Part shown: positions 1 to 7,981 of the stretch, one piece after another
How the letters are laid out: every line of letters starts with the position of its first letter
How positions within the stretch are numbered: position 1 is the stretch's first letter
Assembly (NCBI GenBank): GCA_038882975.1
Contig: JAVZNE010000002.1
Location: forward strand, 32,001-96,000
Source: Candidatus Bathyarchaeia archaeon
GTDB taxonomy: Archaea; Thermoproteota; Bathyarchaeia; Bathyarchaeales; Bathycorpusculaceae
Direction of reading: 5' to 3'
DNA length: 64,000 nt
Notes under the pieces: generated by a model
What the model was told of the DNA's origin: nothing
Database searches by the model: none
Seen by the model: the letters and a program-made list of their open reading frames with translations, nothing else
Program-made: the position numbers and the translations under genes

Positions 1-48
1 TGCTTTATATTTAGCGTTTACTTGAGAAAGGCTTAGGGTGAAAATGTT

Positions 49-1530
49 ATGGGCGAAGAAGGAGAGGGAAGACCTCCCTCTGAAAAAGTGCCCCTTGAAA
101 AAGTGAACGATTACACTTGGCGTATCCCAAAGTATAAACCCGGGATGCGCGTTCCGGGCATAATTTTTGCGGATAAAATGTTACTGGAGAAGATGCAGAC
201 GGACAGAACCCTTGAGCAGTGCGCGAATGTTGCCCACCTGCCCGGCATATACAAGTATTCCATAACATTGCCGGATGGACACGAGGGTTACGGCTTTCCA
301 ATTGGTGGTGTGGCTGCAACAGACTATAACGAGGGCGTAATTAGCCCAGGTGGAGTTGGTTACGACATAAACTGTGGTGTGCGCCTTCTGACAACAAACC
401 TTTCGGAACAAGACCTAAAACCCAAGCTGGTTCAGTTGACAAACGCCATTTTTGAGAATGTTCCGTGCGGTCTTGGAAGCCGTCGAAAAGATTTCAAAGT
501 GACAATCCATGACTTGGACAGGCTTGCAATAGAAGGCGTACAGTGGGTTATAGACCAGGGTCTGGGCTGGGATGAAGACGCGGAGCACTGCGAAGAGCAT
601 GGCTGCATGAAAAACGCCAACCCGGACAAGGTTTCAACAACCGCCAAGAACAGAGGGCTAACACAGATAGGCACGTTGGGCTCTGGGAACCACTTCCTAG
701 AAATTCAGAAAGTTGACAAAATCTATAATGAGCGAACGGCAAAAGCCTTTGGAATCGAGCATGAAGGACAAGTAACCGTCATGATTCATTGCGGCTCAAG
801 AGGTTTTGGACACCAAATCTGCTCAGACTACTTGCGGGTTATGGAGAGAGCCGTCCACAAATACAAAATAGTTTTGCCAGACAGAGAGCTTGCATGCGCA
901 CCCGGAAATAGCAACGAAGCCGAAGACTATTATGAGGCTATGGCCTGCGCCGTGAACTATGCTTTTGCAAATAGGCAGGCAATAATGCACTGGGTTCGCC
1001 AAAGCTTCCAGCAAGTTTTTAAAGAAGACCCCGAAAAGTTCGGCCTAAAACTCGTCTACGACGTGGCCCACAACATCGCAAAAATAGAAAACCACAAGGT
1101 TAACGGCGAACAACGAAAAGTTTGGGTTCACAGAAAAGGCGCCACAAGAGCCTTCCCGCCAGAGCATCCGGAAATCCCATCAGACTACAGAAGCGTCGGA
1201 CAGCCAGTAATAATACCAGGAAGCATGGGAACAAGCTCATGGATTCTAGTAGGCACCGAAAAAGCCATGGAAATAAGCTTCGGCTCAACAGCCCACGGCG
1301 CCGGAAGAATGCTAAGCCGAGCAGCCGCAAAACGTAAGTTCTATGGCGGAGACGTGAAGAAAAGCCTTGAACAGCGAGGCATAGCCGTCAGAGCGGCAAG
1401 TGCAGTCGTATTAGCCGAAGAGGCAGACCCAGCATATAAAAACGTTGACATAGTGGCAGAGGTCAGCCACAAAGTCGGCATAGCCACAAAAGTCGCCAGA
1501 CTCGTGCCACTGGCCGTTGTAAAAGGCTAA
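49..1530 (+). CDS. rtcB: tRNA-splicing ligase RtcB
   Basis: LPDGHEGYGFPIGG, VGYDINCG, GSGNHFLE, HCGSRG, YDVAHN, HRKGATR and HGAGR motifs; 493 aa. Confidence 0.98.
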   Translation: MGEEGEGRPPSEKVPLEKVNDYTWRIPKYKPGMRVPGIIFADKMLLEKMQTDRTLEQCANVAHLPGIYKYSITLPDGHEGYGFPIGGVAATDYNEGVISPGGVGYDINCGVRLLTTNLSEQDLKPKLVQLTNAIFENVPCGLGSRRKDFKVTIHDLDRLAIEGVQWVIDQGLGWDEDAEHCEEHGCMKNANPDKVSTTAKNRGLTQIGTLGSGNHFLEIQKVDKIYNERTAKAFGIEHEGQVTVMIHCGSRGFGHQICSDYLRVMERAVHKYKIVLPDRELACAPGNSNEAEDYYEAMACAVNYAFANRQAIMHWVRQSFQQVFKEDPEKFGLKLVYDVAHNIAKIENHKVNGEQRKVWVHRKGATRAFPPEHPEIPSDYRSVGQPVIIPGSMGTSSWILVGTEKAMEISFGSTAHGAGRMLSRAAAKRKFYGGDVKKSLEQRGIAVRAASAVVLAEEADPAYKNVDIVAEVSHKVGIATKVARLVPLAVVKG

Positions 1531-1548
1531 AACCAAAAATTTACGTAG

Positions 1549-1638
1549 TGGCGGGCGGGGTGGGATTTGAACCCACGATCACAAGCTCTCTTCGTGCGTT
1601 AGGAGGCTTGCGCCCTATCCTTGCTAGGCTACCCGCCC
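1549..1638 (-). tRNA. tRNA-Arg(CCT) with a 12-nt intron at 37/38 (intron 1588-1599); CCA encoded
   Basis: Reverse complement: GGGCGGG acceptor stem, anticodon arm CAAGC-CTCCTA[ACGCACGAAGAG]A-GCTTG, T arm GTGGG-TTCAAAT-CCCAC, then CCCGCCC-G-CCA. Confidence 0.93.
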
Positions 1639-1731
1639 ACCACGATTAGAAAATAACAACAATCTCAACTTAAATGTATCTTGACACGGAAAACTTAAAC
1701 ATTGGAAAACCTTTTGAGAATACTTGCTAGC

Positions 1732-1850
1732 GCGGGGGTACCCGAGCCAGGTCTAAATGGGCTGTTTGGGGCGAAGACAGCCTAAGATAAGGGGGAGGAC
1801 TTAAGATCCTCTGGCGTAGGCCTCCGTGGGTTCAAATCCCACCCCCCGCA
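1732..1850 (+). tRNA. tRNA-Leu(TAA) with a 34-nt non-canonical D-arm intron (1757-1790, ~position 22/23)
   Basis: GCGGGGG/CCCCCGC acceptor stem, GAGGA-CTTAAGA-TCCTC anticodon arm, long variable arm, GTGGG-TTCAAAT-CCCAC. The intron forms a GTCT/AGAT central helix, 3-nt bulges and a TGGGCTGTT/GACAGCCTA stem. Confidence 0.93.
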
Positions 1851-1958
1851 CTAATTTATCAGTTAAATGCTTGGATGCTGTGTTGTAAGTTGGATGTCTC
1901 CATTAAACGCCATGAAAGCTAAAGTTTTATATTCCATCCGAAGTCAAAATAGTGACCG

Positions 1959-2387
1959 GTGAAGATGGTGCCTCTCACCTTAAAAGTCCGAGACATACTA
2001 GAGAGCGGGGTGATAGCTCTTGAAAGCAATCAAACGGCCAGAGAAGCATTAAGGAGCATGATGGAAAATGATGTGTGGTCAATTGTTGTTAATGTCAACG
2101 GTGTTCCTTCCGGAGTCGTTACCGAGAGGGATTTATTGAAGAGGGTTATAGCCAAAAACCTAAACATTGACAAAGTGTTATTGAAGGATATAATGTCGTG
2201 TCCTTTGATAACTATAAAACCAGACGCGACATTTGGTGAAGCATGGGACCTTATGGTTGAGAAAAATGTTAGACGCTTATACGTTATTGACAAGGGAAAA
2301 ATTATAGGAAGAGTTACACAAACGGGCCTATTTAAAAAACTATTAGACGTATTGTTGGCATTAGCATCTCTAAAATACACGCTATAA
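1959..2387 (+). CDS. CBS-domain (Bateman) protein
   Basis: Two CBS repeats (GVVTERD, DIMS-PLITI, GRVTQT). Confidence 0.88.
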   Translation: MKMVPLTLKVRDILESGVIALESNQTAREALRSMMENDVWSIVVNVNGVPSGVVTERDLLKRVIAKNLNIDKVLLKDIMSCPLITIKPDATFGEAWDLMVEKNVRRLYVIDKGKIIGRVTQTGLFKKLLDVLLALASLKYTL

Positions 2388-2493
2388 ATATCTTTTTCAT
2401 CTCAACGCAAACGAGTATTTTTAAGCTGTTGGCTCATCATAAAAATGCTTATAGCCAAAAGAAAGTAAAATGCGTAATGTGGAGTTATAAAGT

Positions 2494-2673
2494 ATGTCTG
2501 AAGAATGTCCTCATGATAAAACGGAGTTCCTTGGGGAGCAGAAAGGTGAAAAAGGGGTTAATCGCTACTATAGATGTTTAAAATGCGGTCGCGTCTTAAT
2601 ATTGTCTGAAAACGGTGTTTTATATGGTGTAAAAAAGAAAAACAAGAGCAACAGCAGCAAGCCCACTAAATAA
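2494..2673 (+). CDS. Small (59 aa) Zn-ribbon-like protein, below the ORF-track cutoff
   Basis: Manual translation MSEECPHDKTEFLGEQKGEKGVNRYYRCLKCGRVLILSENGVLYGVKKKNKSNSSKPTK; CxH...CxxC; GGAG upstream. Confidence 0.7.
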   Translation: MSEECPHDKTEFLGEQKGEKGVNRYYRCLKCGRVLILSENGVLYGVKKKNKSNSSKPTK

Positions 2674-2789
2674 AACGTTACAAGATTCTATTCATTCTCA
2701 CACCATTGATTTAAGTAGGTAACGTTATGATCTCACTCCATAATGCAAATTAAAGAGTATAATCTTCCATTTCATGAGGTTTATGGATA

Positions 2790-3986
2790 ATGACCGTGAA
2801 ACTCTGTGTGCCAACTACTTTTGAGGACTCTTTCCTGGAAAAATTGAAGGAGCTGAATTGCAAATATTCGAAAACAAATATTCAAGTCTACGAGGTTTAC
2901 GGCTCACTTAAAACATCTATACTGGGAACAGAATGGCCCTCAACAGTTCTTCCTGAAATCGACGAAAATGGGCTTGCCCGACACGTTAAGAAAGCCCATT
3001 CTTGTGGTTTTAAGTTTGCATATACGTTAAATGCTGTTTGCATGAACCTGGTTGAATATACCGAAGAGGGGAGAAAAAACCTCAATAAGCTTTTAGAAAA
3101 ACTTGTAGAAGTGAAAGTTGATACTTTGATAGTTGCAATACCCTATCTTATTGAGTATATAGCAGAGAACTATCCCGAATTCAGGATTAACGCTTCTTCA
3201 TTGTGCTATATAGATTCTTTGAACAAGGCACGCGTTTACGAGAGTTTAGGGGCTTCTAGACTTACTTTGAGCGAGGATATTAATCGCTGTTTCAGCTTGC
3301 TAAAGCTCATAAGGGAAAACGTAAAAGCTGAACTGGAAGTGATAGCTAACAACGGCTGCCTGCTTAAATGCCCTTTTAGGACCTATCATAACACGATAAC
3401 AGCCCATGTCTCGCAAAGCGTGCTCTACGATCCAATAGGATTCACATACAAGCCTTACCCCCTCATGAGGTGCACGTTAGAGAGGTTAAGTAATCACAAA
3501 GAAATAATTAAGGCTCCATGGTTTAGACCGGAGGACATTAAGTACTACTCTACGATAGGAATAGATTATATCAAAATAGCTGGACGCGGATTGCCCGCGG
3601 AAGACCTATTAAAACTGGTTGAAGCCTACCTTTCAGGCGGATATGAGGGCGATATTTACGCCTTAATTGATAATTCTTACATGCATTTCTGCTGCGACAT
3701 GTTTGACCCAACAGCTGAACTGCTGCCACCATTGAAATTATCCATTGACAATCGATCCTTAGACAGCTGGTATGAATACTTCGTAAACAACAATCCACCG
3801 TGTATGGCTGGATGTGGAAACTGCAACTACTGTGAAGAAGTTGCAAAAAAGGTTGTTAAGACGGATCCTTATGTCGAGAAAATGTACATTGGAAGAATAA
3901 AGAACATGATAGGAAAGATCACGTCGTCTAAACCTCCAATAAAAATACAGCAAAGCGACAGAGGTAGGATTGTAGCTTACACTTGA
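2790..3986 (+). CDS. Peptidase U32 family Fe-S protein
   Basis: YTLNA, ELEVIANNGCLLKCP, KIAGR motif, C-terminal CxxxCxxCxxC. Confidence 0.85.
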   Translation: MTVKLCVPTTFEDSFLEKLKELNCKYSKTNIQVYEVYGSLKTSILGTEWPSTVLPEIDENGLARHVKKAHSCGFKFAYTLNAVCMNLVEYTEEGRKNLNKLLEKLVEVKVDTLIVAIPYLIEYIAENYPEFRINASSLCYIDSLNKARVYESLGASRLTLSEDINRCFSLLKLIRENVKAELEVIANNGCLLKCPFRTYHNTITAHVSQSVLYDPIGFTYKPYPLMRCTLERLSNHKEIIKAPWFRPEDIKYYSTIGIDYIKIAGRGLPAEDLLKLVEAYLSGGYEGDIYALIDNSYMHFCCDMFDPTAELLPPLKLSIDNRSLDSWYEYFVNNNPPCMAGCGNCNYCEEVAKKVVKTDPYVEKMYIGRIKNMIGKITSSKPPIKIQQSDRGRIVAYT

Positions 3987-4063
3987 AGGCTGCTGAGACG
4001 AAAGCTTAAAAATTTGTTTCCGCCTTTGATAAAACCATGCATTAAAAGAGGACCATTTAAAAC

Positions 4064-5149
4064 ATGAATGCTTTAACCCGTATAATTGAGAATTGCACTG
4101 AATGCCAACTCTGCGTCCAAGAATGCCCTTTTCTTTTGAAGCATAATAAAACACCCAAAAAAATAGCTGAGGAACTTGCAGAAAGTGTTGATGAAAGCAA
4201 AAATTATGTTATGGAATGTTTTTTATGTGGCTTATGTCAGGCGGTCTGCCCCCTAGATTTAGATTTCCCTCAAGTTATTTCGCATGCACGACAAAAACTG
4301 GCATGGAAGACCGCCAAAAACCCATGCTACAAGCTTTCCCTACCTGACGAGCCTCTCTTTTTCCCAACAGCATATAGGTTACATAAAAACTGGCGATATG
4401 ATTCATTAAGAAAGAAATCTTTTAAGTATGCTTTTTTCCCAGGATGCGCCATGTCTTGTTATTCTCCTGAAGCCACCGTGAAAGTCTACGAAAAGCTTGC
4501 AGAAAGATTCAATGATGTAGGTTTAGTTGATCAATGTTGCGGTAAACCGCTAGCTGACGTGGGCTTACAAGAGAGAGCTTCAAAATGGCTTGAGCGGCTA
4601 GAATCCTATATGAAAGAGCATGGTTGCACAGATATCATAACTGCCTGCCCCATGTGTTATTACTATTTGCAGTCCATGTTTCAAGGCGAATTTCATATCC
4701 TTACAATCTACGAAGTTTTACGGGATTCTTTCAAAGAAAGTATGCGAACAATAGATTTAAAAGTCACAGTTCACGACAGCTGCCCAGACAGATTTAAAGG
4801 AATTTTCGCCAGACAGATTAGAGAAATGTTCGGAAATAATCAGCTTGTAGAAATGCCCCACCACAAAGAAAAGTCTGTGTGTTGCGGGGCTGGAGGGTTG
4901 GTCTCATGTGTAGACCCGAACCTTACAGCCGCTTCCTCAATGACTAGGGTTAGCGAGTTCCTGGAGTCTGGAGCTGATTTAATGGTTGTTTACTGTTACA
5001 CGTGCGCACAAGTGTTTTGGGCTTCTCAGCCCATGATGCAAACAAAACATGTTATAGATTTAGCCCTAAAAACTCAAGACGCGTCGGAAAACGTTAAGAG
5101 TTTGGAAGTTGGCAGGTTTGCAGAGAAGTTGTTGATGGGGAAAATGTAA
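4064..5149 (+). CDS. (Fe-S)-binding protein with two CCG domains (GlpC/HdrD-like)
   Basis: Two CxxCxxCxxxCP motifs, FFPGC, QCCG, TACPMC, HDSC, CCGAGG. Confidence 0.85.
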   Translation: MNALTRIIENCTECQLCVQECPFLLKHNKTPKKIAEELAESVDESKNYVMECFLCGLCQAVCPLDLDFPQVISHARQKLAWKTAKNPCYKLSLPDEPLFFPTAYRLHKNWRYDSLRKKSFKYAFFPGCAMSCYSPEATVKVYEKLAERFNDVGLVDQCCGKPLADVGLQERASKWLERLESYMKEHGCTDIITACPMCYYYLQSMFQGEFHILTIYEVLRDSFKESMRTIDLKVTVHDSCPDRFKGIFARQIREMFGNNQLVEMPHHKEKSVCCGAGGLVSCVDPNLTAASSMTRVSEFLESGADLMVVYCYTCAQVFWASQPMMQTKHVIDLALKTQDASENVKSLEVGRFAEKLLMGKM

Positions 5150-5183
5150 TTTTAGCCATAAAACCTCTCTTAGCGTTTAAAGG

Positions 5184-5648
5184 TCACCATGGAATCCCTA
5201 AAGGATAGTATGGATCGTTATAGCGTAAAGCTTTGCTCATGCAGTGTTTTACACAGAAGGGCGTTTCCAAGTTTTTGTCCATGCACATATCGCATTTCTC
5301 GATTTTTCCAGTTTCTGGGTTAAGCCATATAGCGTGAATTGGACAAGCCTCTATGCATTTTCCACATCCATTGCACAAATCCTTGTTGACGGTTACGATG
5401 CCGTTGTTTCGCTTTTTTAAGGCCTCCGTAGGACAAGCGTCTACACATTTGGGCTTTTCACATTGCGTGCAACGAACTATCCTAAACTTCACCGTCAATT
5501 TTCCATTCTTATTATAATGCGGCCCGTTTCTCTCAACTTTGATTCGGAAAACTCCGGCTGGTAAGTTGTTGATTTGCTTGCAGGCAACCTCACATGAATG
5601 ACACCCAACACAAAGTTGTGGGTTCACCGCCAAATTCTTATTTGCCAT
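5184..5648 (-). CDS. 4Fe-4S dicluster electron-transfer subunit (DmsB-like)
   Basis: CVGCHSCEVAC, CTQCEKPKCVDACP, CNGCGKCIEACP, KCDMC; ATG at 5648 follows GGAGG. Confidence 0.9.
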   Translation of the reverse strand: MANKNLAVNPQLCVGCHSCEVACKQINNLPAGVFRIKVERNGPHYNKNGKLTVKFRIVRCTQCEKPKCVDACPTEALKKRNNGIVTVNKDLCNGCGKCIEACPIHAIWLNPETGKIEKCDMCMDKNLETPFCVKHCMSKALRYNDPYYPLGIPW

Positions 5649-5650
5649 GT

Positions 5651-7810
5651 TCAATCCTCCGCCTTGTAAATTTTGCAAAGACGCCCCCTCATAACCGATG
5701 TTCCAACTATGGGTTCATAGCCATAGGCAGGTTTCAGTGGCATTATAACGTTTATGTTAGGTTCAAAAGTTTTCTTCTCATATGTTCTCTCCTCCGGATA
5801 CCACCATAAAGCTTGAGCGGACACAACTTGTGGATGAATGCCATAAGTTAGCGCAGCCTTCATCTTTACACGCCCATCGATGTTAGGAGTTTCAATGTAA
5901 ACCCAGTCTCCATCTTTAACGCCAAGTTTCTCGGCTGTTTCAGGGTGAATTTCAACCAAGGGATCGGGTAAAAGCTCCCGCAAGTAGGGAATGTTATGGC
6001 CCATAGTCTGATAAGAGGATATGTGTCTCGCACCCGTTATCAGTATCAGCGGGTATTCCATCGTCAGTTCAGGGGTTGAGTATGGGCTTTCTGGAGGCTC
6101 AACATAGTTTGGCAGTGGGTCATATCCGTACTTTTCGAGAAGAGTTGAATATAACTCGCACTTGCCCGTGGGGGTTTTAAAACCAGGCTTGCCGTCTTCC
6201 CGAAACATGCCTTTTTTATATCTTTCTTCAACAACTTTGGAGAACACATACCCTTTTTCCTTAAACTCCTCGAAAGTCATGCCTAACTCCTTTAGGCGAT
6301 GGTCCAAAAACTCTTTATAAGAGGATACTGAAAAGGGAGGTTTAAGGCCCATCCTTTTTATGAGCTCGAAGAGCACCTCGTTGTCGTCTCTACATTCACT
6401 AATGGGCTCTATGGCCTTTTGACGCGCTGCTATAAAGCGTGTGTAGCAAAACGCGTCACATATATCATCGCACTCGAGATATGTTGCTGAAGGTAAAACA
6501 TAATCTGCAAGCTCAGCGGTTGGCGTCATGAAGAAATCCATCACAACCAGTAATTCTAAATTTTTAAAAGCTTCAATGACCTTTCTGCTGTCTTCAAAGC
6601 TTACGGCGAGATTAGAGGTTGCGATCAAAGCTTTAACTGGATAGGGCTTCCCAGTCAACATGGCTTCAATAACGCTTGGCGGATGGGTTAGACATCTAAA
6701 AGAGTCAGGCCCAGAAAGTAGTGGATAATTTTCAGCTCCTATGGCTTTTTTCTCTATTTCCCTGTTTAAGCGTAGCTGCCTTTTAATGTTCATGTAGGTG
6801 AGTTTTATTGGATAGTTTGGGATCTCTGCTCCTCCTTTTACATCCAGGTTGCCAGTTATAGCCACCATAATTGACAACGCCCTACTGGCTTGCACTGAAT
6901 TGTAGCTCATCGACACTCCGAGGTGAGACTGAAGCGACGCTGGTTTTGAGGTGGCATAAACTTCAGCCGCCCTAATTATTTCTTCTTTGGGCACCCAAGT
7001 GATTTCTTCAACCTTTTCTGGTGGATATCCTTGAACTCTCTTAGCTAATTCGTCAAAACCGTAACACCACTTTTCCACAAAATCAGCGTCGTAAAGTTTC
7101 CGGTTTATTATAACGTTAAGCATGCCGAGAGCGAGAGCGCCGTCGGTCCCGGGTCTAACTTGCAACCAAATATCTGCCATTGCTGCCAACTCGGTTAAAC
7201 GCGGATCCACAACTATGAGCTTCGCCCCTTTACTCTTGGCTTCAATAATTTTCTTTCCCAGTGGTGGATAAGTATGCAGAGGATTGAAGCCCCACAAGAC
7301 TATGCATTTGCTTTTTCTGTAATCTGGCACCCCAAGTTCGCATGTATACACCTCTCCACATGTGAGCAGGTCAGCTGTTAGGTGGGGGGTGTAACAGTAG
7401 TGGCAATTCCCAATTAGTTGGTTAGGAGAGCCCAACGCGGCTAGAAATAAACTTAATCCAATGGCCACCCTTTTTGGGTAAGTTCCATAAGAAACCGCAA
7501 TGGCCTGAGACCCATACTCGTTTTTTATCCTTAAAAACTCCCTACTTATATCGTTTAAAGCCTCTTCCCACGTTATGCATTTCCACAGTCCCTCTCCCCT
7601 TGCTCCAGCCCTTTTAAGGGGATACCTTAATCTTTCCGGATGATAAACTAGTTGCAGGAAGGATAAGCCTTTAGGACACATGTAACCTTCATTCAAGGGA
7701 TGTTGTGGGTCGCCTTCAATCCTAAAGGCTTTTCCGTTTTCGTCAACGTGAACTAGAACTCCACATTCGCACATGCAACCTCCACATACAGTCCTTACAA
7801 TTCTAGTCAT
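5651..7810 (-). CDS. bis-MGD molybdo/tungsto-oxidoreductase, acetylene-hydratase/catechol-dehydroxylase-like clade
   Basis: CGGCMCEC...C cluster, RLRYPLKR, HYCYTP putative Cys ligand, RPGTDGALALG, ADYVLP, C-terminal molydopterin-binding domain; no TAT signal. Confidence 0.88.
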   Translation of the reverse strand: MTRIVRTVCGGCMCECGVLVHVDENGKAFRIEGDPQHPLNEGYMCPKGLSFLQLVYHPERLRYPLKRAGARGEGLWKCITWEEALNDISREFLRIKNEYGSQAIAVSYGTYPKRVAIGLSLFLAALGSPNQLIGNCHYCYTPHLTADLLTCGEVYTCELGVPDYRKSKCIVLWGFNPLHTYPPLGKKIIEAKSKGAKLIVVDPRLTELAAMADIWLQVRPGTDGALALGMLNVIINRKLYDADFVEKWCYGFDELAKRVQGYPPEKVEEITWVPKEEIIRAAEVYATSKPASLQSHLGVSMSYNSVQASRALSIMVAITGNLDVKGGAEIPNYPIKLTYMNIKRQLRLNREIEKKAIGAENYPLLSGPDSFRCLTHPPSVIEAMLTGKPYPVKALIATSNLAVSFEDSRKVIEAFKNLELLVVMDFFMTPTAELADYVLPSATYLECDDICDAFCYTRFIAARQKAIEPISECRDDNEVLFELIKRMGLKPPFSVSSYKEFLDHRLKELGMTFEEFKEKGYVFSKVVEERYKKGMFREDGKPGFKTPTGKCELYSTLLEKYGYDPLPNYVEPPESPYSTPELTMEYPLILITGARHISSYQTMGHNIPYLRELLPDPLVEIHPETAEKLGVKDGDWVYIETPNIDGRVKMKAALTYGIHPQVVSAQALWWYPEERTYEKKTFEPNINVIMPLKPAYGYEPIVGTSVMRGRLCKIYKAED

Positions 7811-7981
7811 AAAGGGCCCTCTTCGAAGAAAACACCTTAACGACAGTAGGTGATATATCCCTTTCTTTACCTCCAACTTAAATAATGCTTATAGGATTAT
7901 AGGGCTAAGCATCATTTAAGCATGCGTTTGATAAATGGTCGGATTGGGTTTAAAAAGAGGAGAATGAGACTTGGTTTATGT

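Noticed and set aside
1820-1850. tRNA-Leu 3' end as an att site duplicated at the far end of the island
   Set aside because: I found no duplicate near 54.9-55.2 kb and no integrase. The only similar GTGGGTTCAAATCCCAC is the neighbouring tRNA-Arg T arm.
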